Positions 38,896 through 48,607 of a stretch of DNA of 64,000 bases are shown in pieces (positions within the stretch are counted from its first letter, which is position 1; every line of letters starts with the position of its first letter). The notes below the pieces were generated by a model that worked only from the letters and a program-made list of their open reading frames with translations, was not told the origin of the DNA and did not search any database. The DNA lies in NCBI GenBank assembly GCA_965262715.1, contig OZ253553.1, positions 2,496,001 to 2,560,000 of the forward strand, written 5' to 3'. This stretch comes from Bdellovibrionales bacterium (GTDB taxonomy: Bacteria; Bdellovibrionota; Bdellovibrionia; Bdellovibrionales; JAUICD01). Both the position numbers and the translations under genes were made by a program.

Positions 38896-40845
38896 CCTGA
38901 GTTTGGCAGTTGAAAAAACAAAGTTGAGTAATTTTAATTACTTAAGGGCGCATTGGAATTTTGTGCCACTAGGTTTTTGTTTTGTGGTAGAGATTTAAGA
39001 GATTTTTTTTAAGTTTAAGTAGATTCAATTTTAAGTTGTTTTGATGGGATCTTAACTCCTATAGCTTTAAATACATCAGCGTTATTGCCATAAATGTCTG
39101 TTCTTATCCAAATAGTTTTGTTTTTATATTTAACAGGTATAGCTCGTACTTCTTTCAGCTTTGACATAGCTTCTGCCACACTCAATGGCCTTGACTTTAT
39201 TCTCTTTTCTGTAATTGCTTTATCTTTTAATGTGACGTTTCTCTGATGTAACTTCTTTGAAAAATAAGCCTCACATAAGTAAGATAAAAAACACATAACT
39301 AAATGTCCTAATATTCTCTTATCTGTCCAATGAAACATAGGACGTGTCTTTAATGTACCCTTCAATTCTCTAAATGAATTCTCTATTTTCCATAACTGCT
39401 TATAGTTCATTATAATCTCTTCAGAACTTAAATTATCTGTATTTGTAATTATTCCAAAAAAACCATCTGTCCTCTCTGATTGTTCTATGGCTGACTTATT
39501 TAAAGTAGGTTTGCTTTTACTCTTAGGATGAACAATATACTTCTTATAATTACTATTAGATAAAAAAGATCTTGTGCTTATGGACTTCTTTGATAATTGA
39601 GCTTCTATCTTAGATAGAATATCTTCTCTTACTTTCTTATCTCGTTCTGCTCTCTTTCTCGACCAGGTAATTATACAACGATCATTATTATAACTTGTCT
39701 CGTATATAGCTAAATCTTCATTTATAAATTTAAAATTCTTTAAATTGTATATCTCTGCATGACGATCCTTTAATAAACCTAGCTTTAATCCTACTATAAA
39801 TTCATCTCCCTTTGCTTTTACAGATTGTAAATTCTCATTAGAAAATAAACCTCTATCTCCTACTAATATAAATCTTCTGATCTTAAACTTCTTTTTTAGT
39901 TTCTCCATAACTGAAGGTATGGTTTTACCTTCAAAGGTATTTCCAGGATAAACATCAAAGCCTAAGGGCATACCTTCTCTATCTACTAAAAGTCCAAATA
40001 CCACCTGGGTACAATCACTCCTCTTCTCTTTGCTATAACCAAATCTTCGAAGATTATCTAAATCCTCTCGGGTACTCTCAAATCTCAATGTCGTTAAATC
40101 ATACAAAATAACATCACACTCATTGAAAAAACTTAATTGAGACTTACCTTGTGTATAAAGAGTCTTCTCTATATCTTCCTTATGCTTACTTAGAATATCT
40201 AAAGAACGATAAATATCATCGATCTTAAGATCCTTCTCTAAAAAATCAGGGTAAAATAACTTTTGCCAATGAGAATATAACTTTAACTTAGAACATGGCT
40301 CTATGAATCGATTCACAACCAATGTAAAAACTATCTTCATAAAATCAAATGAAACTTTAGGATGCTTCTGCTTCAAATCTGTTAATAATTCATAGAGGTT
40401 TAATTGTTTGAAAATAGTATCTATAATAAGTAAGGGGCCTAATATAAAAGTGTCTTTAACATCAATCTCTTTAGCTATTTCACTGGCAGATACGACATCT
40501 AAATGACGGCCTATAAGATTAAGAAGCTCTTCTAAGCGAGTATCTTTTACTCGGCCTAAAGACATAAGTGTCCTATGTCGACTCTTACCATCTCTGCGAT
40601 AGCTTTCCACAATATGATAATATTTCTGACCTCTGCCGTTTTTAGTCTCTTTTATAAACATAAAATTAGACTACATAGAAAATTTAAAAAATCAAGAAAA
40701 AATAAGCATATGATGCAGAGTGTATAATAAATTGTTTCACTACACTTTTTGATCAAAATGCAAACCCAATAACACCTAACTACTGTAAATAAAGCATTCC
40801 TTAAAAAAAATATCCCGAAAATTCAAATCAACTGCCAAACTCAGG
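38896..40845 (-). mobile_element. IS1634-family insertion sequence (1950 bp)
   Basis: Perfect 18-bp terminal IR CCTGAGTTTGGCAGTTGA; 117-bp flanking direct repeat. Confidence 0.95.
39015..40661 (-). CDS. IS1634-family DDE transposase
   Basis: LYDLTTLRFE, GYSKE, VGDRGL, LWKIENSFRELK..RPMFHW. Confidence 0.95.
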   Translation of the reverse strand: MFIKETKNGRGQKYYHIVESYRRDGKSRHRTLMSLGRVKDTRLEELLNLIGRHLDVVSASEIAKEIDVKDTFILGPLLIIDTIFKQLNLYELLTDLKQKHPKVSFDFMKIVFTLVVNRFIEPCSKLKLYSHWQKLFYPDFLEKDLKIDDIYRSLDILSKHKEDIEKTLYTQGKSQLSFFNECDVILYDLTTLRFESTREDLDNLRRFGYSKEKRSDCTQVVFGLLVDREGMPLGFDVYPGNTFEGKTIPSVMEKLKKKFKIRRFILVGDRGLFSNENLQSVKAKGDEFIVGLKLGLLKDRHAEIYNLKNFKFINEDLAIYETSYNNDRCIITWSRKRAERDKKVREDILSKIEAQLSKKSISTRSFLSNSNYKKYIVHPKSKSKPTLNKSAIEQSERTDGFFGIITNTDNLSSEEIIMNYKQLWKIENSFRELKGTLKTRPMFHWTDKRILGHLVMCFLSYLCEAYFSKKLHQRNVTLKDKAITEKRIKSRPLSVAEAMSKLKEVRAIPVKYKNKTIWIRTDIYGNNADVFKAIGVKIPSKQLKIEST

Positions 40846-40962
40846 ACACTCCCGCGATCACTACCAGCTCTGTAGTATCTCTTATTAATACCACGAACAT
40901 GACGCTTACCACACAAAGCTAACAGCTCCTCTTCAAACAGTGCATAGATCATATCAATAATT
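40846..40962 (+). repeat. 117-bp direct repeat, right copy
   Basis: Matches 38779-38895. Confidence 0.93.
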
Positions 40963-41443
40963 GCATATCTTATGCGACTTTCTATAACTTCTCGAATCTG
41001 ATTTAATTTAGAGGATAAAACTTGAATTGAATAACGATCCTTGATACTTTTCATAATAGCTCCTTTCTGTTATCTATTTCCTGACAAAATAAAAACAGTA
41101 AACAACGGCTAGACCACTTAGGCTAGCCGGGAGCTCTACTTCTTCTAATCTCTATAAGAAAATTTCACCGATCTATGGGACAACCTCCATTATATCTCAT
41201 AACTAATTAAAATCATTGATTAAAAATAAATACAACATGAGCTGCATTCATCAATAATAAACCATTTGTTTAGATTTGTTACATAAGAAATAAATTTTTA
41301 CATTTTCAAATCATTGTACCGATAAAATCATTGTACCGATAAGTTTTTATAAAATTTATTACTACCGAAATGAAATAAATGAAAATGGATAAGAATAATA
41401 AGTTTAATAAAATCAAGAAGCACAAAGTAAGGAACTGCATTTT

Positions 41444-44400
41444 ATGAAATTCTTTCTCTCTACCTTTAGTTTAAAACTTGGACGTTTATGTATTTGTTTA
41501 TTATTTTTAATGCTCGCAGCCTGTGGGGATGATGATGATAGGGGCCCCGCTAGTGTTGGAGTCATAGTAACAGGGCTTGAAAATGATGCAACACCCAGAA
41601 AGGCAAAGACATGGAACTGGGATTGTGAAGAAAATGGTGAAGAAGTAGATTGTGTTTATCGTCATGCGATCACCACAGCAGCATCCCATGATTTTAAAGA
41701 TGATGAATATGATGAATATAAAAGCGCAACCACTCCTGATGAGCTTGATGGAAAACATTATATTCATGTCCAAGCAGAATCTAAGGAGACAGATAATAAG
41801 TCAGAAGTAGAGACAGTTTCTGTGACATTAGATAATACCCTTCCAAATGACCCAGAGCCAAATAATTTTGATGTTCCTAGTTCAAGTAATGATTCACCAA
41901 TTCAAATCACTGTGAAAAATCTTAAGGCAGGAGATATAGTTCGTATTTATGTTGATGATCCTGAGGAAAAAGATACAGAAAATAGCAATTTTCTTAGTAA
42001 TGTTTGGAGCTTTGTTGCTCCTGCTTTAAATTTAAGTTCAACAACCTCTCCTGATACCATCTGTACTAATGATAATAAAGTAGGAGAAAAAACTGTTAGC
42101 AGTGGCCAGACAGAGGTCACTGTAGATGTAGATGCAAATGTCAGTGAGCACGAATATTATGCAACAATTGAAGATGCAGCTGGAAACGAAAGTGCTTGTA
42201 TAAAGGTATTTACTTACGAGAATATTTTTGTACCTGAACCTCCTGCTCCAACAGCTTGTCCATCTATCAAGCGCTCACCTCATTGGAAATTTGTTGACGG
42301 ACTTTGTCGCCCTTCCTGTGGAGCTATTGCAAGCCGCGCAGGCTATGGCAGTGGAACTCATATTCGTGGAGGCTCAGACACTTGCAACAGTCTGACAGCA
42401 AACGGATACAGTGATTGGACTGAATTCTACATTGAAGAGGGTGGTCAGACAATAAGCAGTAATGATGCTTGGGAGATCGCAGAGAGAGGCGGCGTATGCT
42501 GTAAAAGAGGAACTGCTAACAATCCACGTTCTGCACCAGTTGTGACAGGTCTTGATCATGACCTTACACCGGGGCTTGAAAAAACTTTTACCTGGGGCTG
42601 TGATCAAAGTAATTGCCGTTATAGATATGCTATCAATAAATATAGCTCTCATACCTTTCCTGAAAGTACTGTTTACACAAATACAACAACAGTCACTAAA
42701 ACTCATCTGGATAGGAGAACCAAATACTATCTTCATGTCCAAGCTGCCTCTTCATCTCGAGAGTCTGCTGTTAAATCTGTATCATTTATCCTCGTACCTC
42801 CTACTCCTCCTAAAGTGATAGGATTAGATGATGATCCTACACCTAAAGCAGTTAAAGTATGGCGCTGGAATTGTGATAAAGGCTCTTGTACCTATCGCTA
42901 TGCCATCAATCAAAATCAAAATCACACCTTTACGAATGAGTCTTATGGTCAAGATAGGATAGCTACAAAGCAGATCACTAATTCTAATGAAAATGGAACA
43001 TACTATCTACATGTCCAAGCTCAGGACGTAGATGGTAATGAATCTGAAGTAACAACAGTCCTTGCTATTCTTGAGATATCAATAAGTGAAGACATTCGTG
43101 TCACTGGTCTGAGTCATGATACCAATGCTGGAGACTCAAAGACTTGGAATTGGGGTTGTGATAGCAGTTCTTGTACCTATCGCTATGCTATTAACCAAAG
43201 CCAGGGGCACATATTCACTAATGAGGATCTTTATAACTCAACTCAAACAACTACAAAAACAATCACTTCTGCCAGTGATAATGGAGCATATTTTTTACAT
43301 GTTCAAGCGAAAGATGCAAATAACGATGAATCTGAGGTAGAAACAGTCCTTGCTGTTCTTGAAGTTCCAAACACTACAAATGATGTTCAAGTGACAGGCC
43401 TTAACCATGATACCAGTGCAGGAGCTTCCAAGACTTGGAATTGGGGTTGTAATAAGAGTTCTTGTACCTATCGTTATGCAATTAATCAAACTCAGACTCA
43501 TACTTTTTCTGGTTCTGGCGGATATGGATCCACTCAAAGAGCTGTCAAGACAATTTCTTCTGCTAGCGATAATGGAACATATTACTTGCATGTCCAAGCC
43601 AAAGATGCAAACAACAATGAATCTGAGGTAGAAACAGTCCTTGCTGTTCTTGAAATTCCAACAACTGTAAGTGATGTCCGTGTCACAGGACTCTTACATG
43701 ACACCAGTACTGGAACTTCAAAGATTTGGAATTGGGGTTGTAATCAAAGCTCTTGTACTTATCGCTATGCAATCAATCAAGCTCAGGCTCATCATTTTGG
43801 TAATGCTAGTTATGGTTCAACTCAAACAGCTACAAAATCAATCTCTTCTGCTAGTGATAATGGAACTTATTATTTACATGTTCAAGCTAGAGATGCAAAT
43901 AACGATGAATCTGAGGTAGAAACAGTCCTTGCTGTTCTTGAAGTTCCAGACACTACAAGTGATGTTCAAGTGACAGGACTTGCACATGATACTGTTGAAG
44001 GATCTTCAAAGACTTGGAACTGGGGTTGTAATAAAGGTTCTTGTACGTATCGTGCTGTGATCAATCAAAGTCCAAATCATACTTTTTCTAGCCGTTATGG
44101 ATCGACTCAAACAACTACAAAGACAATCACATCTGCCAGTGATAATGGAACTTATTATTTACATGTTCAGGCCAAAGACTCAAATAATAATGAATCTGAA
44201 GTTAAAACAGTCCTTGCCATTCTTAAGATTCCAACAACTACAACAAGTAATGTTCAAGTGACAGGTCTTCTGCATGATGATGTTCCTAAGACCTCAAAGA
44301 CTTGGAATTGGACTTGTAACAAAGGTTCTTGTACTTATCGCTATGTAGTCAATCAAGCTCAGACTCATAATTTCGGTAGCGCTAGCTATGACTCAACTCA

Positions 44401-47400
44401 AACAACTACAAAAGCAATCACATCTGCCAGTGATAATGGAACTTATTATTTACATGTTCAAGCAAAGAATTCAAATAACGATGAATCTGAAGTAGAAACA
44501 GTCCTTGCTGTTCTTGAAGTTCCAGACACTACAAGTGATGTTCAAGTGACAGGACTTGCACATGATACTGTTGAAGGATCTTCAAAAACTTGGAACTGGG
44601 GTTGTAATAAAGGTTCTTGTACGTATCGTGCTGTGATCAATCAAAGCCAAACTCATACTTTTTCTAGCAGTTATGGATCGACTCAAACAACTACAAAGAC
44701 AATCACATCTGCCAGTGAAAATGGAACTTATTATTTACATGTGCAGGCCAAAGACTCAAATAATAATGAATCTGAAGTTAAAACAGTCCTTGCCATTCTT
44801 AAGATTTCAACAACTACAACAAGTAATGTTCAAGTGACAGGTCTTCTGCATGATGATGTTCCTAAGACCTCAAAGACTTGGAATTGGGGTTGTAATCAAG
44901 GCTCTTGTACTTATCGCTATGCAGTCAATCAAACTCAGACTCATAATTTCGGTAGGACTGGATATGGGTCCACCCAAAGAGCTGTTAAGACAATTTCTTC
45001 TGCCAGTGAAAATGGAACTTATTATTTACATGTGCAGGCCAAAGACTCAAATAATAATGAATCTGAAGTTAAAACAGTCCTTGCCATTCTTAAGATTTCA
45101 ACAACTACAACAAGTGATGTTCAAGTGACAGGTCTTCTGCATGATGATGTTCCTAAAACTTCAAAGACTTGGACTTGGAGTTGCAATAAGGGCTCTTGTA
45201 CATACCGCTATGCAGTCAATCAAGCTCAGTCTCATACTTTTTCTTCAGGAGGTTATACATCTACTCAAAGCGCTGTTAAGGCGATCTCTTCTGCCAATGA
45301 AAACGGCGTATATTATTTACATGTACAGGCGAGGGATTCAAACAACAATGAATCTGAAGTGAAGACAGTGATAGCTATTTTTGAAATTTCAAGTGTTGTA
45401 GGGACTGTACAAGTAACAGGACTCTCACATGATACTGATCCTAAACGTTCAAAGGCATGGAACTGGGGCTGCGATAAGAGTTCCTGTACCTATCGCTATA
45501 CAATCAATCAAAGTCAAACTCATACTTTTTCTAATAGTGATAGATATAGATCGACTCAAACAGCTACAAAACGGATCACCTCTTCAAGTCAAAATGGAAC
45601 ATATTATTTACATGTTCAAGCAAAAGATGGAGGTAACAATGAATCCCAGATAAGAACAATCCTTGTTATTCTTAGGTATAGTGGTGGAGTTGTAGGTGAT
45701 CTTGCAGTCATTGGAGTTGAAGATGATATTATAGCAAAAGATCGTAAAATATGGAGATGGTATTGCACCAATAACTCTGGCGCTTGTAGCTACCGTTATG
45801 TTGTTAATCAGACTGATACACATACCTTCCCAGACAGCCATAGCTTTGATTCAAGTCAAATGGCTGAACAGACAGCCGGTACTGATGACAATGGGACATA
45901 TTATCTGCATGTTCAGGCAAAGGATGGAGCAAATAATCTTTCAGCTGTCAGAAGTGTTGTTGCTTATCTTACTGAGACCCTTTTTCCATCTTCATTATTA
46001 AACTTTATTTGTAATCCCAGTGAAAGTGTTGGAAAAAGCACGCTTTGTTCATGGGGTGTTAGTGGTGGTGAATACCGTCATATAATCAGTGAAAGCGCGA
46101 CTCACATTTTTGGAGTTGATGATCTTTATAGCATGACCACTACTTCTGCAATTATTGATGTGGCCAATGGCAACCGTCATGCTGGTACAACGTATTATTT
46201 ACATGTACAGGGTAAAGATGCAAATGGTAATCTTTCTGATATAGAGACAAACTTTATCACTTTAACAGCAAAAGAGATTGTGGTGAAAATTGATGAAGAA
46301 GAGAGCAAAAAACTTAATAAAATGAGTCAAAAATGGAAGTGGGAATGTGATGAAACTCCAGATGCACCTGCTGAGGCAGCTACTCCGGATTGCGTATATC
46401 GCTACGCAGTCACCAAAGATGAATCTCATACATTTGACAATAATGATGGCTATGGAAGTAATGAGGAAATTACCAAGACTCTAACACATAAAGATGAGAA
46501 TGGTACTTATTACCTCCATGTACAAACCAAAGATGCTGATAATAATGTCTCTGCTGTTAAGAGCAGCGATCCTGGAGTAGAATTAGCATTTGAATTAGAC
46601 CTGGCATTAAAAGATCCAGAGCCTCATACAGCGCCAACCAGCGATGGTGGTGAGGAAGAGCCAACATCACTACAACTTCATCTAAATAAAACGCCTACCT
46701 TTACATTAAGAGGTGTATTGGATAATCATAAGGTGACACTTTACAGCTCATCAGAGTGTACAGATGGAAGTAATGATGATAATGGCGATCCTACTAAAGA
46801 CACTCGAATATCAAGTGAAATCACTATGTCATCAGGACAAGTAGATATCACTATTCCTAATAATAAGTTTTCTGATTTAACGACATATCCTATCTATGTA
46901 GGTGTTAAAGATTCTAATAACGACATAGATTGCTATGCTGCAACAAGCACCTCTAGTGCGACTCCTGTCATAGCTGATGATACAAATAAAGATACTATTG
47001 CACCTCTTTTTGAATACACTCTCTATAATCCTATAGCTGGGGGAGTTGAGAAAACATGTTATCTATCTACAACAGGGGATGTCAAGTGTTGGGGTGATGG
47101 CACTGAAACACCAGATTCTCTTGACAGCTCGAAAGCTAAGGCTGTGGTTGTAGGTGGTGAGAATAATGAATGTCGTATCTTAAGTGATGATACCGCAACT
47201 TGTACTGGAAATTTCGTCCCTACAGAAAATAATGATGAAGTTAATGCCATTGCTCTGGGTGCGGATCATGCTTGCAGCATTTTAAAGGAAGATAACTCTG
47301 TATACTGTTCTGGTGATGACAATGACAAAGGACAACTTGGAACAGGAACTGCATCAAGTGGCGCAGTTAATTTAGGTTGTGATGGTCCTAGTAATAGTTG

Positions 47401-48400
47401 TGATCAACTTAAAGCTAAGGACATTGTTGCTGGTGACAATCATACTTGCGTAATTCTTTTAGATGAGAATGAAAACAATCCAGGTCAGAACTATAATGGC
47501 AGAGTTCTCTGTTGGGGACATAATGCCAAAGGACAACTTGGACAAAATGATATATTAAATCATGGTGCTGAGCCTGATTTAAGTTCTCAAGATACACAAC
47601 CTAGCCTTGTCAGTCAACTTGACTATGTTAATTTGGGTAGTGGTCGAACTGCTAAATCTATTACAGCAGGACAAAACCATACATGCGCCCTATTAGATAA
47701 TAATACAGTGAAATGTTGGGGACATAATATATTAGGTCAACTAGGTCGAAACAATGTCATTGATTATGGTACCGATAACAATCAAATGAGCAGCTTAGGT
47801 ACCATTTCTCTAGGCAGGAGTGCTGCTTCTATTTTCACAGGAGTCGGCTCTAATCATACCTGCGCTGTTTTAGATAATAATACAGTGAAATGTTGGGGTA
47901 ATAACTGGAAAGGACAACTTGGACAAAATGATAAAACAAATGTTGATGAAGATGGAGAAATTGGAAGTGATGATGATCCTGACGATCCCTTCCTTGATGG
48001 CAGTAAGATTGTAATTAACAGAAACCATGGTAGTGGTAGAGGCAATGATGTGCCTCTTAAGACTGGTGAGAGTCGAAGTAATATCCTAACCAAAACTGTA
48101 TCTAGTCTTTCAACTCTTCAATTTGGTTGTAATAGTGGCACTGATCGTAATGGTGAACCTCTACCTTGTTCTTCCTCAAATAACTTTAAACTCAAAGTTC
48201 CTTATGGCATTGCAGTAGGAAAAGATCATGCCTGTGCTGTCTTAGTGACAGATCAAGAAAGCGATAAAGGCAAAGACTTTGTAAAATGCTGGGGATCAAA
48301 CGATAAAAAACAACTTGGCCATGATGAAGACAAAAGTTATGGTAGTAGCACAACTGATAGTGTGGAAAAAGCACCTTTCATTGAGTTTCCAAGTGAGTAA
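41444..48400 (+). CDS. Giant repeat lipoprotein (15 repeats of about 97 aa plus RCC1-like C-terminus), paralog 2
   Basis: Same architecture and same signal peptide/lipobox as 31337-37153, with four additional repeats. Confidence 0.85.
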   Translation: MKFFLSTFSLKLGRLCICLLFLMLAACGDDDDRGPASVGVIVTGLENDATPRKAKTWNWDCEENGEEVDCVYRHAITTAASHDFKDDEYDEYKSATTPDELDGKHYIHVQAESKETDNKSEVETVSVTLDNTLPNDPEPNNFDVPSSSNDSPIQITVKNLKAGDIVRIYVDDPEEKDTENSNFLSNVWSFVAPALNLSSTTSPDTICTNDNKVGEKTVSSGQTEVTVDVDANVSEHEYYATIEDAAGNESACIKVFTYENIFVPEPPAPTACPSIKRSPHWKFVDGLCRPSCGAIASRAGYGSGTHIRGGSDTCNSLTANGYSDWTEFYIEEGGQTISSNDAWEIAERGGVCCKRGTANNPRSAPVVTGLDHDLTPGLEKTFTWGCDQSNCRYRYAINKYSSHTFPESTVYTNTTTVTKTHLDRRTKYYLHVQAASSSRESAVKSVSFILVPPTPPKVIGLDDDPTPKAVKVWRWNCDKGSCTYRYAINQNQNHTFTNESYGQDRIATKQITNSNENGTYYLHVQAQDVDGNESEVTTVLAILEISISEDIRVTGLSHDTNAGDSKTWNWGCDSSSCTYRYAINQSQGHIFTNEDLYNSTQTTTKTITSASDNGAYFLHVQAKDANNDESEVETVLAVLEVPNTTNDVQVTGLNHDTSAGASKTWNWGCNKSSCTYRYAINQTQTHTFSGSGGYGSTQRAVKTISSASDNGTYYLHVQAKDANNNESEVETVLAVLEIPTTVSDVRVTGLLHDTSTGTSKIWNWGCNQSSCTYRYAINQAQAHHFGNASYGSTQTATKSISSASDNGTYYLHVQARDANNDESEVETVLAVLEVPDTTSDVQVTGLAHDTVEGSSKTWNWGCNKGSCTYRAVINQSPNHTFSSRYGSTQTTTKTITSASDNGTYYLHVQAKDSNNNESEVKTVLAILKIPTTTTSNVQVTGLLHDDVPKTSKTWNWTCNKGSCTYRYVVNQAQTHNFGSASYDSTQTTTKAITSASDNGTYYLHVQAKNSNNDESEVETVLAVLEVPDTTSDVQVTGLAHDTVEGSSKTWNWGCNKGSCTYRAVINQSQTHTFSSSYGSTQTTTKTITSASENGTYYLHVQAKDSNNNESEVKTVLAILKISTTTTSNVQVTGLLHDDVPKTSKTWNWGCNQGSCTYRYAVNQTQTHNFGRTGYGSTQRAVKTISSASENGTYYLHVQAKDSNNNESEVKTVLAILKISTTTTSDVQVTGLLHDDVPKTSKTWTWSCNKGSCTYRYAVNQAQSHTFSSGGYTSTQSAVKAISSANENGVYYLHVQARDSNNNESEVKTVIAIFEISSVVGTVQVTGLSHDTDPKRSKAWNWGCDKSSCTYRYTINQSQTHTFSNSDRYRSTQTATKRITSSSQNGTYYLHVQAKDGGNNESQIRTILVILRYSGGVVGDLAVIGVEDDIIAKDRKIWRWYCTNNSGACSYRYVVNQTDTHTFPDSHSFDSSQMAEQTAGTDDNGTYYLHVQAKDGANNLSAVRSVVAYLTETLFPSSLLNFICNPSESVGKSTLCSWGVSGGEYRHIISESATHIFGVDDLYSMTTTSAIIDVANGNRHAGTTYYLHVQGKDANGNLSDIETNFITLTAKEIVVKIDEEESKKLNKMSQKWKWECDETPDAPAEAATPDCVYRYAVTKDESHTFDNNDGYGSNEEITKTLTHKDENGTYYLHVQTKDADNNVSAVKSSDPGVELAFELDLALKDPEPHTAPTSDGGEEEPTSLQLHLNKTPTFTLRGVLDNHKVTLYSSSECTDGSNDDNGDPTKDTRISSEITMSSGQVDITIPNNKFSDLTTYPIYVGVKDSNNDIDCYAATSTSSATPVIADDTNKDTIAPLFEYTLYNPIAGGVEKTCYLSTTGDVKCWGDGTETPDSLDSSKAKAVVVGGENNECRILSDDTATCTGNFVPTENNDEVNAIALGADHACSILKEDNSVYCSGDDNDKGQLGTGTASSGAVNLGCDGPSNSCDQLKAKDIVAGDNHTCVILLDENENNPGQNYNGRVLCWGHNAKGQLGQNDILNHGAEPDLSSQDTQPSLVSQLDYVNLGSGRTAKSITAGQNHTCALLDNNTVKCWGHNILGQLGRNNVIDYGTDNNQMSSLGTISLGRSAASIFTGVGSNHTCAVLDNNTVKCWGNNWKGQLGQNDKTNVDEDGEIGSDDDPDDPFLDGSKIVINRNHGSGRGNDVPLKTGESRSNILTKTVSSLSTLQFGCNSGTDRNGEPLPCSSSNNFKLKVPYGIAVGKDHACAVLVTDQESDKGKDFVKCWGSNDKKQLGHDEDKSYGSSTTDSVEKAPFIEFPSE

Positions 48401-48607
48401 TTAGTAACTTATATTATTATCGATTATTATTATCGATGATATAGCAGTTATCTAGCTTTTTCCATCACTCTCAATGTCCCTTTTTCAGAAATTGCGTGGA
48501 TAGTCCTTATAATCCATTGTGGCCTTATTAGGCAAAAGTTGTTCAACCATGCTCACTTTAAGGATGTTTTCTTTGACTATAAAGTAAAGAGGTTATTAAC
48601 TAGTGGT

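Larger units (their letters stand above)
37746..41054 (-). pseudogene. IS256 (mutator-type) transposase split in two
   Basis: N-terminal part in ORF 40776-41054, remainder in ORF 37746-38921 (GVSSR, IDG, IDGSK, QRCIHHK, STNPIES); reconstructs to about 413 aa. Confidence 0.88.
37715..41187 (-). mobile_element. IS256-family element interrupted by IS1634
   Basis: Imperfect 27-bp IR GAGCATGTCCCA..CGGTGAAATT / GAGGTTGTCCCA..CGGTGAAATT; 8-bp TSD CATTATAT at 37707 and 41188. Confidence 0.92.

Noticed and set aside
40776..41054. Independent 92-aa gene
   Set aside because: It is the N-terminus of the IS256 transposase reading into the IS1634 end
31400..48374. Many short alternative-frame and antisense ORFs within the giant genes
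   Set aside because: They recur with the repeat period and lack independent RBS or protein features
1759..48400. Diversity-generating retroelement (Avd-like genes plus near-identical gene ends)
   Set aside because: No reverse transcriptase in the window; differences between the giant paralogs are not restricted to adenines and both copies are full genes rather than TR/VR
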